Of a stretch of DNA of 64,000 nucleotides, positions 19,314-29,270 are shown piece by piece. The position numbers and the translations under genes were made by a program. The stretch's first letter is position 1, and every line of letters starts with the position of its first letter. Origin of the DNA: a bacterium (GTDB taxonomy: Bacteria; Patescibacteriota; UBA1384; XYA2-FULL-43-10; JAKAMI01); the NCBI GenBank assembly GCA_021812945.1, contig JAKAMI010000001.1, positions 3,637 to 67,636 of the forward strand, given 5' to 3'. Below the pieces are notes generated by a model that was not told the origin of the DNA, did not search any database, and saw only the letters and a list, made by a program, of their open reading frames with translations.

Positions 19314-20186
19314 TCACGCATTCAGAGCCTGCCATTGGACTGCGAACATCTCAGCGACCTCGCGGTGGCCGTGACTGAGGGCATGCTGGCTAGGGGTCAG
19401 CTCATCTTTGTCGGCGAGTGTGGGGTCGGCGCCATGCTCGAGTAGCGTCTTGAAGATCGAACCCATGTCGCCGAAGCGGCCGAGGTAGTGAGTCAGGACA
19501 GTCTGACCCGACTTGTTCTTGATGTTCGGACTGGCGCCAAGATCGAGCAGTCCGGTCACTGCCGCGGACAGGCGAGCTTCCGGCCAGTGCCAGACACTGA
19601 TTCCCTTACCGATGATGTGAAGCGGCGTCAGCCCGTCACTGTCCTGGGCATTGATCTCGGCGCCCAACTCAACCAGCTTGGCTGCCGTCAGGGGCTGACA
19701 CATCTCGGCCGCATTGTGGATAGGCTGGCGCCCTTTCTTGTTTCGAGGGCCGACCTTGGCTCCATGCCTGACCAGGAAAGCGACCTCGTCCGGGCGCGGA
19801 TAAAGCGACGTTGTCAGCTTGTGGAGCGGGGTATCCCCGTCCTGCTCGGTGGCGTTGATGTTGGCGCCCCGCTCTAGCAGAGCCTCGACCCTGTCATGCG
19901 GGATGACGTTCTGCAATGCACACTCGTAGTAGATCCAGAACAACGGAGTGTGCCCCCATGCCGAACGGCAGTCGACTTCACCGCCAGCGGTGATCAGAGC
20001 GTAAAGGTCCTCATTGGTTCCGTGCAACCCAACCCAATGAGGCAGGCAGCTGAGCTGGTCGCGCGCGGCGTTGGGGTCTCCACCCAACTCCAGATATTCA
20101 AGCAGTCTCTCACTACTGTAGTACGGAGGGTTGGTAGCCATCCAGTAAGCGTGGCCGATAACCCTCTCCAGATCTGGCTTATCCAT
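19314..20186 (-). CDS. Ankyrin repeat protein
   Basis: Repeats GHTPLF, GDTPLH, GRQPIH, GLTPLH, LxxGAxIN; ATG 20186 behind GGGAGG; visibly GC-richer than neighbours. Confidence 0.92.
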   Translation of the reverse strand: MDKPDLERVIGHAYWMATNPPYYSSERLLEYLELGGDPNAARDQLSCLPHWVGLHGTNEDLYALITAGGEVDCRSAWGHTPLFWIYYECALQNVIPHDRVEALLERGANINATEQDGDTPLHKLTTSLYPRPDEVAFLVRHGAKVGPRNKKGRQPIHNAAEMCQPLTAAKLVELGAEINAQDSDGLTPLHIIGKGISVWHWPEARLSAAVTGLLDLGASPNIKNKSGQTVLTHYLGRFGDMGSIFKTLLEHGADPTLADKDELTPSQHALSHGHREVAEMFAVQWQALNA

Positions 20187-20391
20187 GTCAATGACCTCCC
20201 ATCGGGTTTCAGGGGCTTGGTACCAGTATTTACCCCTGATGTTATCAGATAAGCACAAATTAAACAAAAACTCAACCATTGCAGGTTAAGTTTCACAATT
20301 TTTTCTCTTAAAAATAAAATGGTCACGGGTGTGTGTTCCAAAATGAGAGCATGTGTATACAAAAAATACGGGGCCATAACTGTAAATTTCG

Positions 20392-20781
20392 TGGTGGAGG
20401 TGGCGGGAGTCGCACCCGCGTCCGAAAGGTAAAAACTTAAACTTCTACAGGCTTAGTTCCGATGAATTTTGTTTGAACAAGTGAAAATATCGGAACAAAT
20501 ATCACCTGCTCTATCTAAAGTAAGTCTTAAGGCGAATCGCTTTAGAACCGATAAGCCAGCAATTCGAAGTATGACGTGGTAATACTTTGGTCGAATAGCC
20601 AAAGTAGCCACGGTCGCGGCGATTAGGCTGCGACTGGCGCAAAAGTCATTCCTGCAAGAGCAGTATTGATTTTTGCTGAAAGTGATTTGACACTTAGTTT
20701 TGTCAACGCTTATACGGCGATTGACTCACCGGCCTGCTGCTTAAGTTTTTAATGTCCTTCCGTCGAAGCTAATACACCCCC
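20392..20781 (-). ncRNA. ssrA: tmRNA
   Basis: 5' GGGGGTG pairs with 3' CACCTCC-ACCA (G3.U Ala determinant); T-arm GCGGGTGCGACTCCCGC; internal tag ORF ending FAPVAA-stop; upstream TTGATT-17-TATAAT. Confidence 0.95.
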
Positions 20782-20966
20782 GTAGTTTCGCCGTCGATAA
20801 CTCAATATCCAAGAGACAAATTCCAAACCTTGAATCCTAGACGCAAATGAGGATTTTCGAGTCTCTTGATTATACCGAAAATCAGTCTGGCAATCAAGCC
20901 CTGATGACCTTCGAGATCATTTTTGATACAATCGAACCAGCCTTTATTTTTTAGCTTAAAATTACC

Positions 20967-22136
20967 ATGGATCATGGCGAAGAGTCACTCAAACGTCACA
21001 AAAAGCTAAAGGGCAAGATCGGCATTTACTCTAAAATGGGGGTCAATTCTCTGGAAGATCTCTCGGTTTTCTACACCCCGGGAGTGGCGGCGGTATCCAG
21101 AGAGATCGCCAAAGACAAAGACAAGATCTGGGACTATTCAATGCGCAACAACAGCGTGGCCGTGATCACCGACGGCTCGGCGGTTTTGGGTCTCGGGAAT
21201 ATCGGTCCCGAAGCGGCTCAGCCGGTTATGGCCGGCAAGGCTCTGCTTTTCAAGGAATTTGCCGGTATCGATGCCTATCCTCTTTGTCTCGACACGCAAG
21301 AAACCGCTGAAATCATTATGATCTGCCGGTCCCTGGCGCCCTCTTTCGGCGGGATCAACCTGGAGGACATTTCGGCCCCAAGATGTTTCGAGATTGAAAA
21401 TGCTCTGCAGGATCTCGGCATTCCGGTCATGCATGACGATCAGCATGGGACGGCCATAGTGGTTCTGGCAGGACTGATAAATGCCAGTAAAGTTGTCGGT
21501 AAATCGTTGGAAAAATGCAAAATAGTGGTCAACGGTCTGGGAGCCGCGGGCACGGCCACTGCTCGGATGATTAGCGAATTTACCGGTTACAGAGCCAATA
21601 TTTTACTGGTGGACAGTCAAGGGTTAGTTTGTTCCCGCTCGAAAATTAGCGGATATAAGAAACAAATCTGTAAAACAGTCGGGATTAGTAAGCTATCCGG
21701 AGGCTTGGCGGACGCAGTGAGAGGCGCCGATATTTTTATCGGCCTGTCCGCTCCCCACGTGCTGACCAAAGAAATGGTTCGGTCGATGAATAGTAATGCT
21801 ATCGTTTTTGCTATGGCCAATCCCGTTCCGGAGATCGAGCCGGAAGAGGCTCTGGACGCCGGAGCGGCTATAGTCGCCACCGGCCGGAGCGACTTTCCCA
21901 ACCAGGTCAACAATGTCCTGGCTTTTCCGGGAATTTTTCGCGGCGCTTTGGACGCCAAAGCCACCAAAATTACCGAGAAAATGAAACTGGCCGCCACCAT
22001 GGCCTTGGCCGGGGCCACCGGCAAAGCCACGGCGAACCGGATCCTCCCGCAGCCTTTGGAAAAGCAAGTGGTCAAAAAAATCGCTCGGGCCGTCAAGGAC
22101 GCCGCTATTAAAAGCGGTGTTATCAGAAAATGCTAA
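20967..22136 (+). CDS. NAD(P)-dependent malic enzyme
   Basis: YTPGVA, TDGSAVLGLGNIG, INLEDI, HDDQHGTA, ATGRSDFPNQVNNVLAFPG. Confidence 0.95.
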   Translation: MDHGEESLKRHKKLKGKIGIYSKMGVNSLEDLSVFYTPGVAAVSREIAKDKDKIWDYSMRNNSVAVITDGSAVLGLGNIGPEAAQPVMAGKALLFKEFAGIDAYPLCLDTQETAEIIMICRSLAPSFGGINLEDISAPRCFEIENALQDLGIPVMHDDQHGTAIVVLAGLINASKVVGKSLEKCKIVVNGLGAAGTATARMISEFTGYRANILLVDSQGLVCSRSKISGYKKQICKTVGISKLSGGLADAVRGADIFIGLSAPHVLTKEMVRSMNSNAIVFAMANPVPEIEPEEALDAGAAIVATGRSDFPNQVNNVLAFPGIFRGALDAKATKITEKMKLAATMALAGATGKATANRILPQPLEKQVVKKIARAVKDAAIKSGVIRKC

Positions 22137-22260
22137 AGGAGAACACGGCATTTGCGTTGATCAATAATATCGGATAAACTCTGGTTAAGAATTGAAAATC
22201 GGCGATAGAATAGTTTTGAGCCTGTCTGATACGCAGACTCATAGAGACGGGGAGGTCTCG

Positions 22261-25200
22261 ATGCGGGGAGTTATTCTAAGAGGAATTTTCGGTTTTTTGA
22301 TCCCCTTTTTCGGGGTTTTTTTGTTTTTCAGCCACGCCCAGGCCGATTCGCCCGATTCGTACTTGAAAGGCGATGCCTTCAACTCCGGTATCGCCAGCGG
22401 CCATTTCAACCCCAAAGTCAAGAAACAATGGTCGATCTCCTATTCGAATTCCTTTTACGCTCCGGTGATCAGCGGCAACACCATGATTTACTCCGAATTC
22501 ATTAACACCCAAGTTCATATTAAAGCCGTGAACATTTACACTCGGGAGCTTAGCTGGAAATACGTATCCGCCCCCAACAGTTCTTTATGCTCGCCGACCC
22601 TAAACGGAGGATATGTCTTTGTTTGCGAAGGGCGGATCGCTATCCTGAATATTTCAGACGGGCAGCTGGCCGGTAGCATCGAGAAACCGCGGAGCGACGG
22701 GAGTTTTGTCCGGATCACGGTGACCGAGGACAAAGTTCTGGGTTTTACCGCTCCCAGCCATCGTCTTTATGCCTACCAAATGTCTACTTGGCAACCGCTT
22801 TGGAATCGGGCCGAAGCGGCTACCCCAAGCTCTGCGGTCATTACTTACAAACACCGAGTTTATTACAATGCCAATCCCTATGCCGGCATAACCTACGCCA
22901 TCAACCTTGCCGATGGGACTTCGCTCTGGGAGGTACAACACCTCGGTATGGTTGGGAATCTGGTTTTTTCGGACATTACCAAAATGTTTTACGATCCGAC
23001 ACGGCATTGGGGGATGGATGCGGAGACCGGAGCCAAAAGTGGTGCGTATTTCAACCAAGGTTGGCCGATTTTCGCCGGCGGCAACATCAATGCCTTTAGT
23101 AACGACGGAAACTACATCTTGCACATCCTCTATACTCCTCGGGGAATAACTTACGACGCCCCTTTTGCAGTCAATGAATATATCCGTTCAAACCCTCTAC
23201 TGGTCGACGGTAAAATCTACTTCGTCACCTCTAAACCGAGATTGGTGCAGTTTAACACCTCCGGACGGCTGACCGGATCCTTTGATCTGCCGGGTGTCAC
23301 TGTTTTTGGCGGCGAACTCACAATCGACCATGGGCGGCTGATAATTTACAATTTCGGCGCCAAGGAGCTGGAATACTTCGACGCCGACCGGATCTTGACC
23401 AAAGGTAGCGAAGCTTTCACTCTCCGTTCTCCCTATACCGACTACGGCCAGACTTTCTTGGGACAGTTGCATGCACACTATATTCCTGAAAATCCACTCA
23501 GCTGGGAATATTACATAAAAGATAAATTCTCTCCTAGCTTTACTGAATCAAAATACATGAACGAAGGATACAACTTTATTGCCTTGACCGAACATAATAC
23601 AGTCACCCCCGATCCTCATGTGCCCGGGATAATGCATATTATCAACTCAGAAGAAGACACCCAACCACCAGGTGGAAATCATCTTTTGGCCATCGGGATA
23701 CTAAACGCAATAGATGAAACAAAAAGTGATCAGGAGAGAGTTGACAGTATAACAACTCAAAATGGAATCGCTGTTGTTGCTCACCCTAACGAGAGAAGAT
23801 ATCGGATGTCATGGAGTAGAATATCTGCTCTGAATGGCCTAAATTTGTTCAATATCTACTCAAAAGGGAGTGATAATACTATAGTTACGATTGATTGCAA
23901 ACTGAAAAACTGCTCTAACTCGACAGATAATTGGGACTCAATTCTATCGGGGCGAAGATCTATATTCGGCACCGCTGATGATGACTATACTCCGGGGAAC
24001 ATTGGTTTTGACGGCGGAGCGGTGATGGTCAACGCACCTACGCTCTCCCAAGAAGCGATAATGGAAAACCTGAAAAAAGGCAATTTCTACGCGGTTCAAG
24101 GATCAAAAGCGCCTCGGATCAAAGTCACAAACTCCGCAGACACCGTTTCGGTTTTGTCCGGTAAGCCGGGTAAGATCAAATTCATCGGGCGTTTCGGTAA
24201 ATTGCTGAAAGAGTTTAAAGATGTTTCTTCCGCAAGTTATCAAGTTACCGGTTCCGAGCAATACCTCCGTGTCGAAGTTGAGGCCGATGGCAAAATCTCT
24301 TGGAGTCAGCCGATTTGGGTAGACAAGGTAGTCACCGGCCAGACAGCCTTCGGCCGCCAACACTACGAAAATTCCGACCTGACTCTGGAGACAAATACCA
24401 CGGAAGCGGTAAATATCGCAACTTCTCAAAACCAAAACTGTCCGGCGAGCGGTTGTATCACTCCTGTTTATTCTCTTGGAACTACCGGAGATCAGCTGGA
24501 GAGTCCAAATCTCACTTTTAATTATCCGGATAATCTCCCCGGGAAGCTGGAAAGATACCTATCGATTTTCACTCGTTCCACTGAGGGAAGCTGGCAAAAA
24601 GTTGCATCTTCGATAGATACCTCGCTCAACACAGTTTCAGCAACTCTGCCGCACTTTTCAGACTATGTTTTAAGTCCGGATCTACCGGCGACAGGTACCG
24701 TAGCTCCGGTTGTAGATATTTTATCGCCAACCCCAGACCAAGAACTTGAAGCTTCCCAAACACTAAATCTTCAAGCGCAAATCAGCAACAACCAGGCCGT
24801 CGACTCGGTGTTTTTGTATCTCGACGACCAAGCCATCGATTACCAAAACGATCTCCAGTCTTCGTATAGCTACAAGCTGCAACTGAATAATTTGCCTGAT
24901 GGGATACACAGAATAAAGTTAACGGTAGTCGATCTCTTTGGTAATTCGACCGAGAAAGAAGTAAACTTCAGAGTCATAAACAGTGGCTATTTCCTACCAC
25001 GACTTTCTATCGAAAGCATTGATCGGTCTGGAAATAACCTGAAAGTTTCGGGGTCAATAACAAATCTGCAAAACCTGAAACAAATCGACGTTTACGCCGA
25101 CGGATACTACCTAGAGACCGTCGAAACCGATCATCCCGGTCTGGAGTACAGCTTGGATCTAGCCAATCTCACCAACGCAACCCACAGTTTGGAGTTTAGA

Positions 25201-25593
25201 CTCTTGGCGACAAATGGTGAAGTAAGTCTCACCAGTCAGCAGTTCAAACTTGGACTTTCTGCCGTATCTGCCGCAAACATTGGTGCAATCGTGGACCCGA
25301 CCACAAACCAACAGACACAGATCGGTGTCGCAAAACTAATCGGGGTAGTTACCGAGTCTAATACCAACCTAACCCCCAACAAGGGACCTTTTGGTAGGAG
25401 CTCTGTAGCGTCAACAACAAACGCCCAGTCCCCAGAATCAACTCGTAACAATCTTGAAAAATATGAAGGAACAGGTCAGGTTAAGGGCACCAAGATAAAC
25501 AGGGAATCTGTAATCTCCGTATTAGTACTTGCAATATTAATATGTTTTTTATCGGTTCTAGCTTATCGAAAAAGAAAAAAACAGACAAAGTGA
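22261..25593 (+). CDS. Surface protein: PQQ-like beta-propeller + PHP/CehA-McbA-like metallohydrolase + Ig-like domains + C-terminal TM anchor
   Basis: Signal peptide; W-containing propeller repeats; GQLHAH, IALTEHN, VAHP; C-terminal hydrophobic helix then KRKKQTK; ATG 22261 behind GGAGG. Confidence 0.7.
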   Translation: MRGVILRGIFGFLIPFFGVFLFFSHAQADSPDSYLKGDAFNSGIASGHFNPKVKKQWSISYSNSFYAPVISGNTMIYSEFINTQVHIKAVNIYTRELSWKYVSAPNSSLCSPTLNGGYVFVCEGRIAILNISDGQLAGSIEKPRSDGSFVRITVTEDKVLGFTAPSHRLYAYQMSTWQPLWNRAEAATPSSAVITYKHRVYYNANPYAGITYAINLADGTSLWEVQHLGMVGNLVFSDITKMFYDPTRHWGMDAETGAKSGAYFNQGWPIFAGGNINAFSNDGNYILHILYTPRGITYDAPFAVNEYIRSNPLLVDGKIYFVTSKPRLVQFNTSGRLTGSFDLPGVTVFGGELTIDHGRLIIYNFGAKELEYFDADRILTKGSEAFTLRSPYTDYGQTFLGQLHAHYIPENPLSWEYYIKDKFSPSFTESKYMNEGYNFIALTEHNTVTPDPHVPGIMHIINSEEDTQPPGGNHLLAIGILNAIDETKSDQERVDSITTQNGIAVVAHPNERRYRMSWSRISALNGLNLFNIYSKGSDNTIVTIDCKLKNCSNSTDNWDSILSGRRSIFGTADDDYTPGNIGFDGGAVMVNAPTLSQEAIMENLKKGNFYAVQGSKAPRIKVTNSADTVSVLSGKPGKIKFIGRFGKLLKEFKDVSSASYQVTGSEQYLRVEVEADGKISWSQPIWVDKVVTGQTAFGRQHYENSDLTLETNTTEAVNIATSQNQNCPASGCITPVYSLGTTGDQLESPNLTFNYPDNLPGKLERYLSIFTRSTEGSWQKVASSIDTSLNTVSATLPHFSDYVLSPDLPATGTVAPVVDILSPTPDQELEASQTLNLQAQISNNQAVDSVFLYLDDQAIDYQNDLQSSYSYKLQLNNLPDGIHRIKLTVVDLFGNSTEKEVNFRVINSGYFLPRLSIESIDRSGNNLKVSGSITNLQNLKQIDVYADGYYLETVETDHPGLEYSLDLANLTNATHSLEFRLLATNGEVSLTSQQFKLGLSAVSAANIGAIVDPTTNQQTQIGVAKLIGVVTESNTNLTPNKGPFGRSSVASTTNAQSPESTRNNLEKYEGTGQVKGTKINRESVISVLVLAILICFLSVLAYRKRKKQTK

Positions 25594-25595
25594 AA

Positions 25596-25928
25596 TTAAA
25601 TAGAGGTGGTTGAGTAAACAATTACATAAGTCCAAAAAAATGCTAACAATGTCTCAAATATTAATAGGATAATGTTCAACTTGCTTCGTTTTATCGAAAT
25701 AATGCTGCAAAATATCGAGGCCAATAAAATTATCAAAATTAATATCTGTAGTGTACTAAACATTTCGGACGAGTAATTAGAAATATTTTCTATCGCAAAC
25801 ACCACAATCCCTGCCCCTAGCAACCCCCAGCTCCAGGCGGCGTAGTTGGGGCGATTTCCCGCACTCATAGTACCCTTTTTCATCTTTCCCTCCCTTAACA
25901 TTAAAAATATCTTATATTTTTCTAGCAA
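25596..25928 (-). CDS. Small membrane protein, hypothetical
   Basis: Three hydrophobic segments; start uncertain. Confidence 0.5.
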   Translation of the reverse strand: MLEKYKIFLMLREGKMKKGTMSAGNRPNYAAWSWGLLGAGIVVFAIENISNYSSEMFSTLQILILIILLASIFCSIISIKRSKLNIILLIFETLLAFFWTYVIVYSTTSI

Positions 25929-25933
25929 ATTTG

Positions 25934-27934
25934 TTACCTAAAATCCGCTTTTAGGATCGTGTCCTGGTCAAGGACAAAGTTGATCGGATTTTTGTACTCC
26001 TCCGACTTTATATATATTTTCTTTCTGGGACTGCTTATTTCGATATTTTGGTTGCTCCCGACCGTCCCCGGTTGCTTCTGAATCAAAAGCTGATAATTGT
26101 CAGGAAAAATTAACTCCGGCGGAAGCTGATAATTGATCTGTAACTCACTCGTCTCCCCGGGCTTGGTATTCAGCCAAAAGGAAAAGACGGTTTTACCTTC
26201 CTCAAGAGAAGTGGCAATTCCTCCCTTGTCCCTGTTATTCCAATCGGAATAAGGAAAATCATCGCCGGAAAGAATCCGGTAATTGATGATCCTCGATCCC
26301 TCGGGGACGATAAGTTTGTTAAATGTTTTGTTGATCCCATCCGGCCAGTTGTAAGTGCCTTGATGAGATCTCTTGATATCGACTGTTTTTGAAACATGGC
26401 CGTCGGTGTCGAGGCTGATCTTCTGGCTCATTGCTTCTTTGACGTTTAAGCTACTCTTTTTGCCCCCGATATTTGAATTGCTGAGCAGTAAGTAATCACC
26501 ACCGAAGCTAGAAATCCTACCGGCATAATTCTGATCTTCGAGATAATTTTGAAGTGAAGTCTCATCGGCATAAAACAAAAGATGCTTACCAAACAAAGAA
26601 TCGTTTATCAAAGCCACTATTTGGGCACGCTTTTCTTTATTGTTTAATCCTGAAAAAGTTTTTTGAATAATCTTCGGCATCATCTCGGATAGTATCTTTT
26701 TGGGGGCATTTTCCGGCCAGTTGGACTTGTCCTTGAAATAGCCGATCTCGACTTGATACTCAATCTCCTGGAGGAAATTGTCGCCGGTCACAATCAGCCC
26801 ATAATCCGGCATCTCGATCGGTCCGATCAGCTTCAGAAGATTCGTTATTAAAGTGGTATCAAGAGCGATGACTCCGGCGGAGTTTTTTCCGGTTTCTTGA
26901 CTGTAAAACCACATCACCTTCTGTGCGGCTGGTTTGAAATCCTGATCGTAATTCGAATCGCGAAGCGCCAGGCTTGGGGTCACATATAAATATTCCGCAG
27001 GCGTAAAAATAGGATTTTTGGCCATATAAGGTTTGTCGATTTTGTAAATGTTGGTTTCAAAATCCAACTGTTTCAGGGCGCTGTCTTGGAATCCGGCCAC
27101 GGCGAAACTTCCCAAAAACCCTCCGGCCGGTCGCAGCTCTGAATTGTTTTGAAAGAGAATCAGATAATTTTTGGTGTCGTCGTGGGCAAATATCTTCGGG
27201 ATCAGATCATAAATATTTACCGCTTCTTTGACCTTGGACCGGATCTCCGGCAGGCTTGTCTTGAGTTGTTTTTTTAAGTCCGAATAATAGCCACCCCCGG
27301 ATGCCCCCAACATTTTGTCGGCATCGGACAATTCGGAATCGCAGATTTCAAGCCGGCCCTTATCGTTTAAGGCTACTTGGGTTAGTTTTTGAGTCATATC
27401 GGAAATTAACTGGATCTGATCGGTGGTTTTGGGGCCATTTCCGGAGGACAAAGCTTCAAGTCCGTTACTCAAAAGACTGACTGATCGGGTCATAGTTGAG
27501 ACGATTTTAATGATTTTCGTCGATTCGTTCAGTTTGGAATCGCTTTGGGGCAGATAAAAAAAATAGGGGATATACTGCCCGGTTTGCTGAAGCTGAACTT
27601 TGAGCGCGGTTAATTTTTTGTCGGCGCTTTTGAAACGGCCGGCAGCGGTTTGATAATCGTTTTCATTGATGCCCTTTAGCCCCTGCTCGATCTCGTCCTG
27701 AATGACACGGCTGTTCATTTCTAAATCATTTTTATAAGCCTGGACTCGGTCGAGGCTGAAAACCGTCCCAAAAGAGACAATCAGGAAAAATAATATGTAG
27801 AGAAGCCCCGGGATGATATTGACGGGTTTTTTGTTTCTTTGTTTTGAAAAATAAAAATCCTCGACAATGGGTTTTTGCCGCACATACCTAGGTCTTTCGA
27901 CGACTTTCTTTTCCAGCCCATCGACACTTTTCAA
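25934..27934 (-). CDS. DUF4012-family membrane-anchored protein
   Basis: YLILFQNNSELRPAGGFLGSF, LRDSNYDQDF, NIGGKKS, YQLLIQKQPG. Confidence 0.85.
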   Translation of the reverse strand: MKSVDGLEKKVVERPRYVRQKPIVEDFYFSKQRNKKPVNIIPGLLYILFFLIVSFGTVFSLDRVQAYKNDLEMNSRVIQDEIEQGLKGINENDYQTAAGRFKSADKKLTALKVQLQQTGQYIPYFFYLPQSDSKLNESTKIIKIVSTMTRSVSLLSNGLEALSSGNGPKTTDQIQLISDMTQKLTQVALNDKGRLEICDSELSDADKMLGASGGGYYSDLKKQLKTSLPEIRSKVKEAVNIYDLIPKIFAHDDTKNYLILFQNNSELRPAGGFLGSFAVAGFQDSALKQLDFETNIYKIDKPYMAKNPIFTPAEYLYVTPSLALRDSNYDQDFKPAAQKVMWFYSQETGKNSAGVIALDTTLITNLLKLIGPIEMPDYGLIVTGDNFLQEIEYQVEIGYFKDKSNWPENAPKKILSEMMPKIIQKTFSGLNNKEKRAQIVALINDSLFGKHLLFYADETSLQNYLEDQNYAGRISSFGGDYLLLSNSNIGGKKSSLNVKEAMSQKISLDTDGHVSKTVDIKRSHQGTYNWPDGINKTFNKLIVPEGSRIINYRILSGDDFPYSDWNNRDKGGIATSLEEGKTVFSFWLNTKPGETSELQINYQLPPELIFPDNYQLLIQKQPGTVGSNQNIEISSPRKKIYIKSEEYKNPINFVLDQDTILKADFR

Positions 27935-28018
27935 ATTTCCCCTCCAAACATAACGAAGTTATTTTTGCCCCGCGAAGTCCCAAAGCGTCGGAACGAAGTG
28001 GGGCCAGTTAATTTCTGC

Positions 28019-28055
28019 AAAGACAGTCTTTACTGTATTTACAAAGACTGTCTTT
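28019..28055. repeat. Family C REP doublet
   Basis: AAAGACAGTCTTT-actgtatttac-AAAGACTGTCTTT. Confidence 0.8.
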
Positions 28056-28132
28056 ACTCCTCGACCTTGTTTGATTATTTGGATATTGATTATTGATATT
28101 TGTTTGTATCTTGTTTCTTGGTTATTATCCGC

Positions 28133-28162
28133 TAATCTGTGGAATTGATCTGTGGAGGTCAC
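28133..28162. repeat. Family A single arm
   Basis: TAATCTGTGGAATTGATCTGTGGAGGTCAC. Confidence 0.75.
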
Positions 28163-28169
28163 CCGTCGA

Positions 28170-29270
28170 TCAGCGGAGTGGCGGTCCGTTTTTTTGATAA
28201 TCTTTAACCATTTCGTCCACGGTTTCTTTGAAGCGGTGGCGGAAAATCGCATTGTCGAAATCAAAAGATGTCTGACGAAGCCTCTCCGGGTCGTAACGGT
28301 CGGGATCAAAATTCCGGATGGTATCGATAAGACATTGCGGGGTCTGTTCCTTAAAAAAAGTGCCGTTTATGCCCTCTTTGATCGTCTCAAGCGCTCCGCC
28401 GGAAGCGTAAGCTATCACCGGCCGGCCGGAAGCGAGGGCCTCGATCGGGACAATCCCAAAATCTTCGTCAGCCGGAAAAACAAAAGCCTTGGCCTTGCCG
28501 TAAACTTCAGCCTGTTCTTTGTCCGGCAGGCGACCGAGAAATTTAATATTTGACTTGGCCAAGACCTTAAGTTTCTTTTGCTCGGGGCCGGTACCAACTA
28601 CATAAAGAGGTTTTTTTAGATCGTTAAAGGCTCGAATAACCAGATCAACTTTTTTGTACGGCACCAGTCGACCGACACAAAGGTAGTAGTCTGAGATTTC
28701 GGATCTGTTGTAAGGTTTGAACCTGGAAGTGTCGACCGGCGGGTAAACCACCCTGCTCTCACGGCGGTAATATTTCCAGATTTTTTTCTTAATATTTTCG
28801 GAGTTGGCAATGAAATAATCCGGCCGCAGAGCGGCTAATCTGTCCCAGGTCAGGAGATTGTGGTTTGCCCATTTTTTCAAAGCGCTACCGGAGGCGCGGT
28901 TGTCCAGATGAGATTCCCAAAGATAGCGTGTCGGGGTATGGCAATAACAAATATGAGGCGTTTCGACTTTGGTAATGACCCCCTTGGCGGCGAAAGAGGA
29001 GTTCGATATGACAAGATCATACTTTCCTAAATCCAGGTTTTCAAAGGCATAAGGCATCAGAGGGATCATCAACTGCCTTTTCTTGACGCTTAGAGGAATC
29101 TTTTGCAGAAAACTGCTCCTCAAATTATGGCCCCGAAAGCGCACCAGGTTTTCAGAATCTGTGACTGAGGTGAAAATATCGGCTTTCGGATATATCTCGA
29201 CCAGCTGTTCCAGCACTCGCTCCATGCCGGCAAAGCCGGTCAACCAATCATGAATTATGGCGATATTCAT
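28170..29270 (-). CDS. Glycosyltransferase family 4
   Basis: IAIIHDWL..GMER, YCHTPTRYLW, EDFGIVPIEALASG. Confidence 0.93.
   Translation of the reverse strand: MNIAIIHDWLTGFAGMERVLEQLVEIYPKADIFTSVTDSENLVRFRGHNLRSSFLQKIPLSVKKRQLMIPLMPYAFENLDLGKYDLVISNSSFAAKGVITKVETPHICYCHTPTRYLWESHLDNRASGSALKKWANHNLLTWDRLAALRPDYFIANSENIKKKIWKYYRRESRVVYPPVDTSRFKPYNRSEISDYYLCVGRLVPYKKVDLVIRAFNDLKKPLYVVGTGPEQKKLKVLAKSNIKFLGRLPDKEQAEVYGKAKAFVFPADEDFGIVPIEALASGRPVIAYASGGALETIKEGINGTFFKEQTPQCLIDTIRNFDPDRYDPERLRQTSFDFDNAIFRHRFKETVDEMVKDYQKNGPPLR

Noticed and set aside
19054..20391. Prophage or integrative element at ssrA
   Set aside because: No integrase, phage genes or duplicated tmRNA 3' end seen
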